A model generated the notes under the pieces. The model saw nothing but the letters and a program-made list of their open reading frames with translations. It made no database searches and had not been told where the DNA came from. Below, piece after piece: positions 20,723 to 32,775 of a DNA stretch of 64,000 nt. This DNA comes from an uncultured Verrucomicrobiae bacterium. Its GTDB lineage: Bacteria; Verrucomicrobiota; Verrucomicrobiia; Opitutales; JABDGR01. A program made the position numbers and the translations under genes. The stretch lies in assembly GCA_963765205.1 (NCBI GenBank), contig CAVXVB010000009.1, positions 928,001 to 992,000 on the forward strand, in the 5' to 3' direction. How positions within the stretch are numbered: position 1 is the stretch's first letter; every line of letters starts with the position of its first letter.

Positions 20723-22024
20723 ATGCGCCCTTCCACCTCAAAAATCGTCCTGTTGTTGGTCGCGCTCGCCCTCGCGTCCGGTGTCCGTGCCGCCGAGGCG
20801 GCGGACAGCAGCCCCACCCCCGTCACTTCGTCGGCCTCTGCCGTGCCGGATTACCCCGCCGCCCATTCACCTGTTGGTGGCCCGCCCGCATTTGCGTCGT
20901 CGGGCAAGAAACTTTTGCTGCCCCAAGGCTACATCATTGGGGCGGACTTGTCGGCCGTGCCCGCATCGGAAGACCGCGGCACGCAATTCATGGACAAGGG
21001 CCAGGTGATGGACATTTTGCAGATCATGAAGTCGCACGGCTTTAACTATGTCCGCCTGCGCATCTTTGTGGATCCGACGGCGTCGGATGGTTATGATACG
21101 CGGTCCGGGTTGGGCTATTGCGGGCTGGAGCAAACGATCCGGTTCGCGAAGCGCATCAAGGCGGCCGGAATGGGGCTGCTGCTCGATTTCCATTACAGCG
21201 ACAGTTGGGCCGACCCCAGCAAGCAGGTCAAGCCGCTCGCCTGGCGGGATTTGGCGTTTCCCGATTTGGTGAAAACCGTGCATGACTACACCAAAGATGT
21301 CATTGCCAAAATGAAAGCGGCCGGCGTGGCGCCGGACATGGTGCAGCCGGGCAACGAAATCACCCCCGGCCTTTTGCTCCCCGATGGCAGTGCGAAAAAC
21401 TGGGATAACCTGGCGGCGCTGCTCAAGGCCGGCATCGCGGGTGCCAAGGAAGTGGACCCGAGCATCATCATCATGCTGCACATTGACAAGGGCGGGAACA
21501 ACCAAGTCACGCATCAGTGGGTGGACGGCGCGCTGTCGCATGGCGTCGAGTTCGACATTCTCGGCGAGTCCTGCTACTCGAACACGGCGTGGCAGGGGCC
21601 GATTACGAAGCAGGTCGCCAACTTTGCGGAGCTGGTCAAAAGCTACCCAAATCTCTATTTTATAAACGACGAATACGGCGGCAGTATGCGCAACACCGAT
21701 AACGACCAGGTGGACAACAATAACCGCAACAACGTGGTCCTCAAGAAACCCGATTGGTCCACCGACGGCCTGGATTGGAGCAAGCGTTGGGCCAACGACA
21801 TGATGTTCAATATCCCCGACAACAAGGGCCTTGGCGCGTTCTCCTGGGAGCCAACGCAGGACGGCAACCAACAATCGCTCTTCACCAACGTCCGCGACCC
21901 CGCTACCGGCCAAAATCATCCGACGGCCAATCAGGAAATGTATGTGTTTGACGCCCTGGCCAAATCCTACGCCAGCCGGATGAAGCAACCCCCCGGCGCC
22001 TCGACGCCGAACACCGCGAAATAA
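20723..22024 (+). CDS. GH53 endo-beta-1,4-galactanase, secreted
   Basis: Signal peptide; GADLS, NYVRLRIFVDP, LLDFHYSDSWADPSKQ, VQPGNEI. Confidence 0.9.
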   Translation: MRPSTSKIVLLLVALALASGVRAAEAADSSPTPVTSSASAVPDYPAAHSPVGGPPAFASSGKKLLLPQGYIIGADLSAVPASEDRGTQFMDKGQVMDILQIMKSHGFNYVRLRIFVDPTASDGYDTRSGLGYCGLEQTIRFAKRIKAAGMGLLLDFHYSDSWADPSKQVKPLAWRDLAFPDLVKTVHDYTKDVIAKMKAAGVAPDMVQPGNEITPGLLLPDGSAKNWDNLAALLKAGIAGAKEVDPSIIIMLHIDKGGNNQVTHQWVDGALSHGVEFDILGESCYSNTAWQGPITKQVANFAELVKSYPNLYFINDEYGGSMRNTDNDQVDNNNRNNVVLKKPDWSTDGLDWSKRWANDMMFNIPDNKGLGAFSWEPTQDGNQQSLFTNVRDPATGQNHPTANQEMYVFDALAKSYASRMKQPPGASTPNTAK

Positions 22025-22035
22025 ACGAATCCCCT

Positions 22036-22147
22036 GAGTTCAAGTGTGAAGCGTAAAGTATGGAGTGTAATGCCTGGCATACGGCGGGCGATAATGTGCG
22101 GTCGCCTCAACGCTTCGCTCAACTGCACACTTCACCTTGCACCTTCC
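22036..22147. repeat. Inverted heptamer repeat pair between convergent genes
   Basis: gagttca-agtgtga-agcgtaa-agtatgg-agtgtaa ... ctgcaca-cttcacc-ttgcacc-ttcc. Confidence 0.55.
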
Positions 22148-22149
22148 GC

Positions 22150-23433
22150 CTAGCCGCTGTGGCCGCCGGCGAGATCCTTGATGATTTGGATGATGGGCAG
22201 GAAGAGCGCAATGACGATGGTGCCGACGCCCACGGCCAGGAACACGATCATGATCGGCTCGATGATGGACGTGAGGCCGGCCACGGCGTTGTCGAGGTCT
22301 TCGTCGTAGTTGTCGGCGATGCGGTTAAGCATCTCGGGCAGCTCGCCCGTTTCCTCGCCGACGTCAATCATCGAGGTGACCATGGTGGGGAAAATCTTTT
22401 GCTGCTCGAGCGGGCCGGCCAGCGGCTCGCCGTCGCGCACCCGGTCATGCACCCGGTCCAGCGCGGCGACAATGACACTGTTCTCAATGATGTCGCGCGT
22501 GATGTTGAGAGCCTGCAAAATGGGGACGCCCGAGGACATGAGCGTGCCGAACGTGCGGGTGAAGCGCGCAATGTTGGCCTTGCGGGCAAAGTCGCCGATT
22601 TTCGGGGTCTTGAGGATCACCCGGTCCAGCAGGCGGCTGCCGAAGCGGGTGCGGAAAAAGAAACGGGTGCCCATGACGATGACAACCACGCCCACCACGT
22701 CGCCCACCCCGCGCAGCCAGGAGGTCGGCGTGATAAATTTGCTGATTTTGATGACCACCATGGTCAGCGTCGGCAGGGGCGCGCCCTTCAGCATGTCCTG
22801 GAAGATGGCCTCAAAGCGCGGCACGACAAACATCATCAGCGCCGTGACGATGGCGCAAGCCACTGTGATGACGACGGAGGGGTAGATCATCGCCGCCTTG
22901 ATTTTATTATTGGTCTTGACCGTCTTTTCCATGAAGCGCGCCAGGCGCGAAAGCACGACGTCGAGCACGCCGCCCGCCTCACCAGCCTTGACCATGTTCA
23001 CAAACAGGCGGTCAAACACCTTGGGATACTGCGCGAGGCCGTCGGAGAAGTTGTTGCCCGAACGCACGTTGTCGGCCAGGCTGGTCAGGACGGCCTTGAA
23101 GCGCAGGTTCTTTTCCTGGCGGATCATCACCTCCAGGCTGCGCAGGATCGGCAGGCCGGCTTGGAGCAGGGTGGCCAACTGGCGGGTGAAAATGGCCAAA
23201 TTCTCCGTGCTGATGACTTTCCCGAAAGCAAAACCTTTGCCCGCCTTGCCCGGCTTGCCCCCGGCCTTGGCGGCTTTCGCGCCCCCTTTTTTGCCACCCT
23301 CCTCCTTCATGGTGGCCACCATCAGCCCCATCTGGGAGAGCTTGGCATTGGCCTCGTCGGGTGACGAGGCCTCAACTTTACCGGACTTCTTTGCTCCGGT
23401 CGCGTCAATGGCGGTGTAACGGTAATTGGGCAT
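22150..23433 (-). CDS. pilC: Type IV pilus/T2SS inner-membrane platform protein (PilC/GspF)
   Basis: [37 protein letters not shown]; start at MPNYRY. Confidence 0.93.
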   Translation of the reverse strand: MPNYRYTAIDATGAKKSGKVEASSPDEANAKLSQMGLMVATMKEEGGKKGGAKAAKAGGKPGKAGKGFAFGKVISTENLAIFTRQLATLLQAGLPILRSLEVMIRQEKNLRFKAVLTSLADNVRSGNNFSDGLAQYPKVFDRLFVNMVKAGEAGGVLDVVLSRLARFMEKTVKTNNKIKAAMIYPSVVITVACAIVTALMMFVVPRFEAIFQDMLKGAPLPTLTMVVIKISKFITPTSWLRGVGDVVGVVVIVMGTRFFFRTRFGSRLLDRVILKTPKIGDFARKANIARFTRTFGTLMSSGVPILQALNITRDIIENSVIVAALDRVHDRVRDGEPLAGPLEQQKIFPTMVTSMIDVGEETGELPEMLNRIADNYDEDLDNAVAGLTSIIEPIMIVFLAVGVGTIVIALFLPIIQIIKDLAGGHSG

Positions 23434-23540
23434 GGGGGGTGGGCGCGAACGTGGTGCGGAATGAAGTGGGGTAATGCTGGTGGTTCGGAAGGGTTTGGCG
23501 AGAAAATTCTGCGGCGGACGGGCGGGCCTCAACCCTCCTA

Positions 23541-25235
23541 TCACGTATATTTCAAAACTTCGTCTATCGTGGTGAGTCCGTCGAAAATAGCTCGCATCCC
23601 GTCATCCCGCAGGGTTCTCATGCCCTGCTCGATGGCCTTTTGCTTGAGGACGAGGGTCGGCGCCTTTTTGGAGATGAGCTCGCGGATGGCGTCCGTGGAT
23701 ATCATCAGCTCGAAAAGTCCCTGGCGGCCGCGGTAGCCGGTCTGGCTGCATTCAGCGCACCCTTTGCCGAAGAAGAATTGTTTCTCGGCGATTTCCAGGG
23801 GATTGGCGCCGAGCAGATCGATCATTTCATGATCCGGCTCATAGGCGGACTTGCAGGACTTGCAGATCCGGCGCACCAGGCGCTGGCCCAAGATCCCTTC
23901 CAACGACGCGGAAATGAGGAACGGCTCCAAGCCCATGTCAATCATACGGGTGACCGCACCGGGCGCGTCATTCGTGTGCAGGGTCGCCAGCACCACGTGG
24001 CCGGTCAGCGAGGCTTGGACGGCGATTTGCGCCGTTTCCAAGTCGCGAATCTCGCCGACCATGATTTTGTCCGGATCCTGGCGCAGGAACGAACGCAGGC
24101 ATTTGGCGAAGTCCAGGCCGACCTTGTGGTTGACCGCAACCTGCATGATGCCGTCAATTTCATATTCCACCGGATCCTCGGCCGTGAGAATTTTGAGGTC
24201 CACCGTGTTCACCTCGCGCAAGGCGCTGTAGAGGGTCGTGGTCTTCCCCGAACCGGTGGGGCCAGTCACAATGAAGATGCCATTGGGGAGGTTGACAAGG
24301 TGGCGGATGCTTTCCATCACGTCCGCCGGCATGGACAGGTTCGCCAAGTCCAGATTGACCACGGATTTGTCGAGCACGCGGAGGACGACGCTTTCGCCGA
24401 ACTGGGTCGGCAGCGTCGAAACGCGCAGATCCACCGGGCGCCCGGCAATGGTCATCTTGATGCGCCCATCCTGCGGGATGCGCCGCTCGGCAATGTTGAG
24501 GTTGGCCAGCACCTTGATGCGGGAAATGACCGGGATGGCCAGGCTCTTGGGCGGCGGGGCCATCTCGTAGAGCGCGCCGTCGATGCGGTAACGGATGCGA
24601 AAGAGATCCTCAAACGGCTCAAAGTGAATGTCCGAGGCCTTGTCGCGAATGGCCTGTTGCATGACGAGATTCACGAAGCGGATGATGGGCGTCTCGTTGG
24701 CAAGATTTTCCAGATCTTTCTCTTCCATGTCGCCATCGCTGGCGGCGCCCACGTTGGCGGTCTTGATTTCGTCCAGCAGCGAGTCAATCGAAGCATCTTC
24801 CTCCCCATAGGTGGCGGTGAGCAGGCGCTCAATGGTCTCCGGGTCAATCACGATCAACTGGATGTCCTTGCCGATGGAAAAAGTCAGGTCGTCCACAATG
24901 CGGTGGTTGAAAGGATCCTTCGCCACCACAAAGATGGTCGTGTCCTCCTGACGGACCGGCACGATTCCATACATGCGCGCTATGGCGGGTTTGATGGACT
25001 TGGCGACGGAATCTTCGATGCTGTCGGGCGCATCCGCCATGAACTCGAGTTGCAGAAAGTCGGCCACCATCTTCAAAAAGACCGGGCGCTCGACGAGGTT
25101 GGCATCCAAGACGGTGTCAGCGAGGCTCTTGCCCGTGTCCTGGGCGGTTTGGAGCAATTCTCCGAGCTGGTCCTGGTTGAACTGGCCGCTCTTGGATAAT
25201 ACGTCCGAAATGGCGCTATTATGGTCTTCAAACAT
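23541..25235 (-). CDS. pilB: Type IV pilus assembly ATPase (PilB/GspE), copy 1
   Basis: [40 protein letters not shown], tetra-Cys motif. Confidence 0.92.
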   Translation of the reverse strand: MFEDHNSAISDVLSKSGQFNQDQLGELLQTAQDTGKSLADTVLDANLVERPVFLKMVADFLQLEFMADAPDSIEDSVAKSIKPAIARMYGIVPVRQEDTTIFVVAKDPFNHRIVDDLTFSIGKDIQLIVIDPETIERLLTATYGEEDASIDSLLDEIKTANVGAASDGDMEEKDLENLANETPIIRFVNLVMQQAIRDKASDIHFEPFEDLFRIRYRIDGALYEMAPPPKSLAIPVISRIKVLANLNIAERRIPQDGRIKMTIAGRPVDLRVSTLPTQFGESVVLRVLDKSVVNLDLANLSMPADVMESIRHLVNLPNGIFIVTGPTGSGKTTTLYSALREVNTVDLKILTAEDPVEYEIDGIMQVAVNHKVGLDFAKCLRSFLRQDPDKIMVGEIRDLETAQIAVQASLTGHVVLATLHTNDAPGAVTRMIDMGLEPFLISASLEGILGQRLVRRICKSCKSAYEPDHEMIDLLGANPLEIAEKQFFFGKGCAECSQTGYRGRQGLFELMISTDAIRELISKKAPTLVLKQKAIEQGMRTLRDDGMRAIFDGLTTIDEVLKYT

Positions 25236-25292
25236 GGTGGGTGGGATTTGGGGGCTGGGCCGCGCGGGGCGGGGATGTTGTAAAGGTAGAAA

Positions 25293-26384
25293 TCAGGCTT
25301 TGGCCAGGGCCGCGCTGCCGGGGGTAGTTTCGCGCACTTTTTTGCGCATTTCATCCGGGATTTGCGATTTCTCGATGGCGGTTTCCGCAGTGATAAGGCC
25401 GCGCGCGTAGAGACTCATCAAGTGCGCGTCGAGCGTGATCATGCCCAGGGCGCCGCCCGTCTGGATGTCCGAGGTGATGCGATAGGTCTTGTTGTCGCGG
25501 ATGAGGGCGGCAATCGAGTCCGTCGTGATCATGATCTCGTAGCTGGCAATGCGCCCGCCGCCCACTTTTTTGCAGAGCGCCTGGGAAATGACGGCGATAA
25601 TCGACGAGGCCAGTTGCGTGCGGATTTGATCTTTCTGGTTCGCCGGAAATGCATCCACGATGCGGTCCACGGTGCGGGCCGCGCCGGTGGTGTGCAGCGT
25701 CCCGAAGACCAGATGGCCGGTTTCCGCCGCGCTGACGGCTGCCTCAATGGTCGCCAGATCGCGCATTTCCCCGACGAGGATGATATCCGGGTCCTGGCGC
25801 AAGGCCCCGCGAATCGCTTCGGAAAAACTCGGTACGTCCACCCCGACCTCGCGCTGCGTGACAATGCACTTCTTGTGATTGTGAAAATACTCGATGGGGT
25901 CCTCGACCGTGATGATGTGGCCTTCCTCGTTCTCGTTGATCCAGTTGACCATCGAAGCCAGCGTCGTGGACTTGCCCGACCCGGTCGGCCCGGTAACAAG
26001 GATGAGGCCGCGTGGGCGCACCAGCAATTCCTTGATGCGGTCGGGCAACCCCAGCTCGCGCATCGCAAACATCTTGTAGGGAATGAGGCGCAAAACCATG
26101 CCGTAGTTCCCTTTGGCCTTGAGCACCGACACACGGAAGCGCGCCTTGTCCATGAACGCAAAGGCAAAGTCCGCCGAGCCGACCTGCTTGGCCTTTTGCT
26201 GGTGGTGGTCGGAGGCGATGGCGCGCATGAGTTGCTCGGTATCCTCCGGGGTCAACTTCGGGCCGTCCACCGGCGACATGCCGCCCGACAGGCGCAACGT
26301 GGGCGCCTGGCCCACCTGCAGGTGAAGGTCCGAGGCACCCTCGTCCACCATCAGGTTCAACAGGTCGTTCATTTCGTAGCTCAT
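25293..26384 (-). CDS. pilT: Type IV pilus retraction ATPase
   Basis: [46 protein letters not shown]. Confidence 0.95.
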   Translation of the reverse strand: MSYEMNDLLNLMVDEGASDLHLQVGQAPTLRLSGGMSPVDGPKLTPEDTEQLMRAIASDHHQQKAKQVGSADFAFAFMDKARFRVSVLKAKGNYGMVLRLIPYKMFAMRELGLPDRIKELLVRPRGLILVTGPTGSGKSTTLASMVNWINENEEGHIITVEDPIEYFHNHKKCIVTQREVGVDVPSFSEAIRGALRQDPDIILVGEMRDLATIEAAVSAAETGHLVFGTLHTTGAARTVDRIVDAFPANQKDQIRTQLASSIIAVISQALCKKVGGGRIASYEIMITTDSIAALIRDNKTYRITSDIQTGGALGMITLDAHLMSLYARGLITAETAIEKSQIPDEMRKKVRETTPGSAALAKA

Positions 26385-26530
26385 GGCGCAATCTCGCGGA
26401 AGTGTTCCGGTGCTTGGGGTTTTAGGGCGTGGGTCCGGGCTGCTCGTTAATCAACGTTTTGCTGGGATTGACGATGTAGGGTCTAAAATAACTAAGGACG
26501 AAAACACCAAGCACTAAAACACTTGCGGCG

Positions 26531-28234
26531 TTAAGCCATCGTGGCCGAAATAACTTCGTCCACCGTGGTCATGCCGCTGGTGATTTTGCGGATGCCATCC
26601 TCGCGCATGTTGCGCATGCCCAGTTCGCGTGCTTTCTGGCGCAGTTGGACAAGGTTGGCGTTATCATAAATCATGGCTTGGACTTCCTGGTTGATCACGA
26701 AAAGCTCAAAGAGGCCCATGCGGCCGCGAAAGCCGATGCCTAGGCAGCGCTGGCAGCCTTCGCCTTTCATGAAGGTGGCCTGCGCGGCCTGCGCCTCCGT
26801 CAAGCCAATGCTGAATAATTCCCGCTGTTCCGGGACGTAAGGCTTCTTACACCCCGAGCATACCCGGCGCACCAGGCGCTGGGCCATGGCCGCACGCAAA
26901 GAGGCCGACACCAGGAAGGGCTTGACCCCAATATCCACCAGGCGCGTCACCGCGCTGGCGGAGTCGTTGGTGTGGAGGGTCGAGAAGACCATGTGCCCCG
27001 TCAGAGAAGCGTTGATCGAGATTTCGGCGGTTTCCAAGTCGCGAATTTCCCCAATCATGATGATGTTGGGGGCCTGACGGAGCATAGCACGCAGGGCGCG
27101 GGAGAAAGTCATTTCCACGTCGCGGCGCACCTGCACCTGGTTGATGCCCGTCATTTGGTATTCCACCGGATCCTCAACCGTGATGATCTTGCGGTCCGGG
27201 TGGTTGATGTAATTGAGCGCCGAATACAACGTCGTGGATTTGCCCGAGCCCGTCGGCCCCGTCACTAGGAAGATGCCGTCGGCCATGGTGACGATGCGCT
27301 CGAACACCGACTGGTCGTCCGAGAAAAAGCCCAGTTCCGGCAGGCCCAGCTTGAGGCCTTCCTTGTCCAAAATTCGCATGACGATGCTTTCGCCGTAAAC
27401 CGTCGGCAGCACCGACACGCGCAAGTCCACTTCCTTCCCGGCCACCTTAACTTGGATGCGCCCGTCCTGCGGGATGCGCTTCTCGGCCAGGCTGACATTG
27501 GCCATCAGCTTGAGGCGCGACGTGATGGTCGGCTGCAAACGCTTGGGCGGATTCTCGATTTCGAGCAAGACGCCGTCAATGCGGTAGCGGATGCGAAAGC
27601 GTTTTTCGAGCGGCTCCAAATGGATGTCCGAGGCGCGCCGTTTAATGGCCTCTGAAATAAGCATCGTCACGTATTTGATGATCGGTGCGTCTGCTTCCTT
27701 CTCCACCGAGGCGGCCTCCACCTTGGCTTTTTCCTCGGCAGCAATTTCGCCCTCGAACAAGTCCCCGTAGTGCGAGCCGGCGGGGGTCTCGTAATATTGG
27801 GCGATGGCGTCGTCTATTTCCTTCGTAGTGGTCAGGTAGGCGTTGATCGTGATGTTGAACATCTTGCTCAGGCTGTCCGTAGCGTCCACGTTCAACGGGT
27901 CGCAAATGGCCAGGTTGAGCTGGCTGCCATATTGCTCCATCGGAAACACCTTGTAGCGCACGGCCAGGTCGCGGTTGATCATGCGCAGCAATTCCGGTGG
28001 GGGGCTGACATCGGACAGGTGCGCCACTTCCATGTTGAACTCCTTGGCCAAGGTCTCCAACACCTTGTCGGCGCTGAACACACCGGCCTGCACGAGGACG
28101 TTGATCGTGGCCGAATCAACCTGTGCCGGCGGGGTGTCGGGCCGCACTTGTGCGCGGGCCGACGCCACGGCATCGGCCGTGGCGAGACCCTTGTCCTGAA
28201 TCAATTGGATTACGAAGTCGTCGGCTGAGGTCAC
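26531..28234 (-). CDS. pilB: Type IV pilus assembly ATPase (PilB/GspE), copy 2
   Basis: [36 protein letters not shown], tetra-Cys motif. Confidence 0.92.
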   Translation of the reverse strand: MTSADDFVIQLIQDKGLATADAVASARAQVRPDTPPAQVDSATINVLVQAGVFSADKVLETLAKEFNMEVAHLSDVSPPPELLRMINRDLAVRYKVFPMEQYGSQLNLAICDPLNVDATDSLSKMFNITINAYLTTTKEIDDAIAQYYETPAGSHYGDLFEGEIAAEEKAKVEAASVEKEADAPIIKYVTMLISEAIKRRASDIHLEPLEKRFRIRYRIDGVLLEIENPPKRLQPTITSRLKLMANVSLAEKRIPQDGRIQVKVAGKEVDLRVSVLPTVYGESIVMRILDKEGLKLGLPELGFFSDDQSVFERIVTMADGIFLVTGPTGSGKSTTLYSALNYINHPDRKIITVEDPVEYQMTGINQVQVRRDVEMTFSRALRAMLRQAPNIIMIGEIRDLETAEISINASLTGHMVFSTLHTNDSASAVTRLVDIGVKPFLVSASLRAAMAQRLVRRVCSGCKKPYVPEQRELFSIGLTEAQAAQATFMKGEGCQRCLGIGFRGRMGLFELFVINQEVQAMIYDNANLVQLRQKARELGMRNMREDGIRKITSGMTTVDEVISATMA

Positions 28235-28282
28235 GCGGTAAACGCCGCAAAGGGGCTGATTGGGGGTTTGGGGAGGAAGGTT

Positions 28283-30403
28283 CTAGCGGTTGATGCCGAG
28301 CAGGAACTCCGCGTTGGTTTTGGTTTTCTTCACGCGGGTGATCAGCATCTCCATCGCTTCGGTTGAAGGTATACCTTTCATGGCGCGACGCAACGAATAA
28401 ATTTTTTGCAGCTCGTCTTTGTGGTAGAGCAGTTCTTCCTTGCGCGTGCCGCTCTTCTCGAAATTGAGGGCCGGGAAGGTGCGCTTGTCGGACAAGGCGC
28501 GGTCCAGATGCAGCTCCATGTTGCCGGTGCCTTTGAACTCCTCGAAGATGACCTCATCCATCTTGCTGCCCGTCTCGATGAGCGCGGTGGCGAGGATGGT
28601 GAGGCTGCCGGCGCCTTCGATGTTGCGGGCCGAACCGAAGAAGCGTTTGGGCTTTTGCAGTGCGCTGGCTTCGACGCCGCCGGAGAGGATTTTGCCGCTG
28701 CTGGGCATCATCGTATTGTAGGCCCGGGCCAGGCGCGTAATCGAGTCGAGCAGGATGATGACATGCCGGCCATATTCGATCATGCGCCGCGCTTTCTCGA
28801 TCACCATCTCCGCGGCATGCACATGGCTCTCCGCCGCTTCGTCAAAGGTCGAGGAGATGACCTCCGCGCCATCCACCGTGCGGCGGAAATCGGTGACTTC
28901 CTCAGGCCGCTCGTCCACGAGCAGAATAATCATATGCACGTCGGGCCGGTTGGCGCGGATGGCGTTGGCGATGCCTTGCATAAGCACCGTCTTGCCCGTG
29001 CGCGGCGCGGCTACAATCAACCCGCGTTGGCCGAGGCCTACTGGAGTGAGCAGGTCCACGATGCGCATGGAATTGTTGTCCCATTTCGCCTCGGGCTTGG
29101 TCTCCATCAAAAACCGGTCCGTGGGATAATACGGCGTCAGGTCCGTGAAGGGGATGATGTGCGCCACGTCCTCCGGCGGGCGGCCGTTGACGCTGATGAC
29201 CCGCAGCGCGAACGGGCAGCTTTCATTCTCGCGCGGCGGATTAGCCCAGACTTCCACCTCGTGCCCGCGGCGCAAGCCCCAGCGCTCAATCAGCCGTTGC
29301 GGCATGAAACAGCTTAATCCCCGCAGGCGGAAATTATCCACCGAGTAGGCCAGGATGCCGTGCTCTTCGTCAAGTATATCAAGAATACCGGTGATGCGGA
29401 TGGGTCGTTCCTTGGCGCGGGCATCCTTGAGCAAATCGCGGATGAGTTGCCGGCGCAGCGGCACGGGGGGAATCGCCAGCCCGGCGGCACGCGCCAAGGC
29501 CTCGAGTTCAGGCAGCATCAGCGGGTAAATCTCATTGAAGTCCAACGGTTCGCCACCGGCGGCGGAAGCCTCCTGGGCCATCCGGTCAATTTCCTCGATC
29601 TGCCGCAACGACTCCCAACCCGGCAATTCGCCCAGTTGGAGGCTGCCGGAGTCAATGTCCTGGCCACGCCGGGGCTGGCCGTAACTTTTGGGCTTGAAGG
29701 AGGAAACCGGCGGCTTGCTCGGAGGATTATGGGGTGGGTTGTGGGGCGCATTGTAGCCCCCGCCGCCACCCCCGCCGCCTTGCGGTGGATACTGTTTCCC
29801 AAATTTTCCTTTTTTGAAATCCCGGTTGTATTTGTCCTGCTTCCACGGTTTCTTTTCCCAGGGGCGTCCACCCCCGCCGCCGCCACCGTAGCCATAATTA
29901 CGGTCGCCGCGATAACCTTGTGGCGGCGGGCCATTGGGGCGCGGCGGTTGGCCGTCGCCATCTGTCCGCGCAGGGGGTGGACTATCCGTTCCCACCGGGC
30001 TGGCGTCAGGTTTGCTCTCTTCCTGAATAACAGGCGGCGGCGCTTCCACGCGGGGTGTTGGCTCGCGCAGATCCTCGTCTGATGTGCTAAAGACTTCCGG
30101 CGCCGGCTCCGACGGGCGCCGCTCGGGCGCGGGAGCTTCTACCACCGGTTGTTCGGATTGCTCCCGCCGCCACCGGGTCGCCCGGCCGGTGTCCACAGAG
30201 GCTTCCGCCATCGGCACAGCCGATTGCTCCGGCGTCGCTGTTTTGCCGCGCCTTCCGCGCTTGACCGGCTTGGTCGAGGAGGAGGACGAAGCATCCGACT
30301 CCTCGGCCCCAGCGGGCACGGGTTTGCTTAAACTGGCGGGTTTGGGGCGGCGTCCACGCCGCTTCGGCGCAGAATCAGTGGAACGGTCATCCGAATCACT
30401 CAT
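28283..30403 (-). CDS. rho: Transcription termination factor Rho with long disordered N-terminus
   Basis: [55 protein letters not shown]; start placed at MSDSDDR. Confidence 0.96.
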   Translation of the reverse strand: MSDSDDRSTDSAPKRRGRRPKPASLSKPVPAGAEESDASSSSSTKPVKRGRRGKTATPEQSAVPMAEASVDTGRATRWRREQSEQPVVEAPAPERRPSEPAPEVFSTSDEDLREPTPRVEAPPPVIQEESKPDASPVGTDSPPPARTDGDGQPPRPNGPPPQGYRGDRNYGYGGGGGGGRPWEKKPWKQDKYNRDFKKGKFGKQYPPQGGGGGGGGYNAPHNPPHNPPSKPPVSSFKPKSYGQPRRGQDIDSGSLQLGELPGWESLRQIEEIDRMAQEASAAGGEPLDFNEIYPLMLPELEALARAAGLAIPPVPLRRQLIRDLLKDARAKERPIRITGILDILDEEHGILAYSVDNFRLRGLSCFMPQRLIERWGLRRGHEVEVWANPPRENESCPFALRVISVNGRPPEDVAHIIPFTDLTPYYPTDRFLMETKPEAKWDNNSMRIVDLLTPVGLGQRGLIVAAPRTGKTVLMQGIANAIRANRPDVHMIILLVDERPEEVTDFRRTVDGAEVISSTFDEAAESHVHAAEMVIEKARRMIEYGRHVIILLDSITRLARAYNTMMPSSGKILSGGVEASALQKPKRFFGSARNIEGAGSLTILATALIETGSKMDEVIFEEFKGTGNMELHLDRALSDKRTFPALNFEKSGTRKEELLYHKDELQKIYSLRRAMKGIPSTEAMEMLITRVKKTKTNAEFLLGINR

Positions 30404-30518
30404 AGGTATAAAAATGGGAAAGGCGGGCGCGAGCAGCGCCGCAGGGTACGGGTGAGCAGACTCCCAACGAGAGGGAGCCAAGGGTCAATCGTTAAAATCA
30501 AACAAAATTTTCAAAAAT

Positions 30519-31337
30519 TTAATGTTCCCGCGCGGCGGTTGGAGGAGAAAGAAGGGTTGCGGGGGCGGGAGCGCGAAGTTGGCTGGCGAAATGAACAATC
30601 TGGCGGCGCAGAAAATCCACTGAGCCATCATTGAACGCCACCCAGTCGGCTCGTTCAATCTTATCCCGCAACGGCCATTGGCGGGCCTGCCGCGCGGCGA
30701 CCTCCGCCGGGGCCAGCCCGCGCGCCGCCAGGCGGCTGGCCTGAAGCGTTGGGCTAGAGGCTATACAAAGCGTATAATCGAACTCGGACGCAAGGCTTTT
30801 TTCAAAGAGCAGAGGGATTTCGACCACCCAGTCCTGGCCGGGGTCGGCGGCCACCGCCGCCTGCCAGCGCGCCCGCACCCGCGGATGCAACAGCGTTTCG
30901 AGCCAGTCCAACTCCGCCGGGTCGGCGAAAACAATCTCCGCCACCTTGCGGCGGGAAATACGCAAGGATGAAGGATGAGGGATGAGGGATGAAGGGGTTG
31001 CCGGTTGCAAGTTGCAGGATACAGGTTGTTCTGCGGGAGAGTCAGGTTGTTCTCCGGACGCCTCCGGTTGTTTTTTGTGTGCTTTCTGGCTGGCCGGTTC
31101 TTGGTCTTCATTTTCCATTTTCCATTTTCCATCTTCCATTATTTTACTCCCCCACCGCTTGAACACCGCCTGCTGCACTTCCCCATCCGTCTCCCAAAGC
31201 TCATGCACGATGACATCACTTTCGAGCACGCCGAAACCCAGCTCGCGGAAGATTCCCGCCGCGGTGCTCTTGCCGCAGCCCATGCCCCCGGTCAGCCCGA
31301 GGCGCAGACCGCGGTTTGATTTTGGCAAAGTGGACAT
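30519..31337 (-). CDS. coaE: Dephospho-CoA kinase with a ~58-aa repeat-derived in-frame insertion
   Basis: GLTGGMGCGKS, RRKVAEIVF, LLHPRV, EIPLLFE, RQARQWP; immediately upstream of rho. Confidence 0.92.
   Translation of the reverse strand: MSTLPKSNRGLRLGLTGGMGCGKSTAAGIFRELGFGVLESDVIVHELWETDGEVQQAVFKRWGSKIMEDGKWKMENEDQEPASQKAHKKQPEASGEQPDSPAEQPVSCNLQPATPSSLIPHPSSLRISRRKVAEIVFADPAELDWLETLLHPRVRARWQAAVAADPGQDWVVEIPLLFEKSLASEFDYTLCIASSPTLQASRLAARGLAPAEVAARQARQWPLRDKIERADWVAFNDGSVDFLRRQIVHFASQLRAPAPATLLSPPTAAREH
30965..31139. repeat. Heptamer repeat element inside coaE
   Basis: (A/G)GGATGA x4 at 30965-30992, GGTTGC(A/C)-like units, and TTTCCAT-like x5 at 31105-31139. Confidence 0.8.
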
Positions 31338-31535
31338 GGGGAATTTTCCGGGTTTTTCGCTTCTGGCTAGTTCCTAGCGGCAAACCGCCTCCCAGCACAA
31401 TCTTAGAAAAATCCTCCGGGGTTCGTCATTGACATTTTCCGTCCTCCCGCCAGCATAGACCGTTTCTCGCCAATCTCCAGTGCGCTTTGGACAACCCAGT
31501 GCCTTAGTGCCTCCGTCCCTCAGACCCTTCTTCCC

Positions 31536-32093
31536 ATGCCCGTCGTCGCCCACATCCGCAAGAAAAACGTCATCAGCTACAATGGCGAGCCGTGCCTCGT
31601 CGTGGATCACGCCATCCGCACGCCGCCGAATATGCGCTCGTTCTGCCAGATGACCCTGCGCAACATCCGCACGGGCAAGGTCACGCCCCTGCGCGTGAAC
31701 GTCGGCGAGTCCTACGAAATCCTCTCGACCGACGTGCGCAAGCTCGAATACTCCTACACCGACGGCGACTTCTTCACCTTCATGGACCCGCAGACCTTCG
31801 AAGAAATCAACCTCAGCAAGGAAGTTCTGGGCGACGCCCTCCAGTATCTCGTGCCCAGCTCGTCCTACGATGTGCTCTTTGTGGACGGCAAGCCGCTGAC
31901 GGTGAACCTCGGCGCGTCCGTGACGATGAAAGTCACCGATGCCCCGGAAGGCATCCGCGGCGACACCTCGGGCAACGTGCAAAAGCCCTGCACGGTCGAG
32001 ACCGGCATGACCGTCCGCGTCCCCCTTTTCGTCAAAACCGGCGACATTATTAAAGTCAGCACGGAGGACGGAAGTTATTTGGGAAGGGCGTGA
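31536..32093 (+). CDS. efp: Elongation factor P
   Basis: FMDPQTFEEI, GIRGDT..N..KP...ETG..V.VPLFVKTGD.IKVST..G.Y.GRA. Confidence 0.95.
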   Translation: MPVVAHIRKKNVISYNGEPCLVVDHAIRTPPNMRSFCQMTLRNIRTGKVTPLRVNVGESYEILSTDVRKLEYSYTDGDFFTFMDPQTFEEINLSKEVLGDALQYLVPSSSYDVLFVDGKPLTVNLGASVTMKVTDAPEGIRGDTSGNVQKPCTVETGMTVRVPLFVKTGDIIKVSTEDGSYLGRA

Positions 32094-32189
32094 ACAGGCT
32101 TTCCGTCCTGAGTGGGAAATGGGCAACACAACCTGACCCATTTTTGCCCATAAAATTAGACGGAAGTATGTAGATAACGCAAATGGGTT

Positions 32190-32615
32190 CTAGTTCGCCC
32201 CTTTTTTTGACAACTTTTCAGCCTTAATATGCTCCGCAAAAGCCAACATATCATCTGGCAAAATCTTTTCGTCTAACCTACCTATCGGCGATGCCGCATA
32301 AACAGCATACATCGCCTGAATCATAAAACCCGAAAGCATCCCTTGACCCTTACCAATAACCGTCCCGGCAGACCCTTTATTCAACTCCCGCTTATTTACC
32401 ATAAAAAAATTGAAAGCAGCCAAGACCCTCCTGGGGCTTTCTGTATGATACAATGACGACTTGCACCTCTCCTGAAAATACAAAGCCGCTCGTTCAGCAA
32501 ATTCGTCTGGCATGGCGTGCTCTACCATTTTCAATAAGGCCGCAAAATCGGCCTCAAAATCTTTCAGTGGATAACGCTGCATTGCAGCGGCTAAGTCGGT
32601 TTGTGGAGCATTCAT
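32190..32615 (-). CDS. Hypothetical passenger protein in IS1595
   Basis: AT-richer 141-aa ORF (MNAPQTDL...) whose stop lies next to the left TIR; no recognisable motif. Confidence 0.55.
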   Translation of the reverse strand: MNAPQTDLAAAMQRYPLKDFEADFAALLKMVEHAMPDEFAERAALYFQERCKSSLYHTESPRRVLAAFNFFMVNKRELNKGSAGTVIGKGQGMLSGFMIQAMYAVYAASPIGRLDEKILPDDMLAFAEHIKAEKLSKKGAN

Positions 32616-32739
32616 GCGCTGGGAGGCTGGACATCTCACCCTATGGGCATCTGGGAGGCAATGCCGATTTGTGCGCCAAATTGTCCCGGCCTTATCGCAT
32701 CCACAAGCCAAAAAAATTGAAAAATCTTCATTCTAGCCC

Positions 32740-32768
32740 TTGACAAAAGCCTTTGCGTCAAGTATCAT
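32740..32768 (+). promoter_or_regulatory. Transposase promoter overlapped by an inverted repeat
   Basis: TTGACA-17 nt-TATCAT, 7 nt before ATG 32776 (likely leaderless); cttgac...gtcaag dyad spans the -35 box and spacer. Confidence 0.6.
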
Positions 32769-32775
32769 GTTGATA

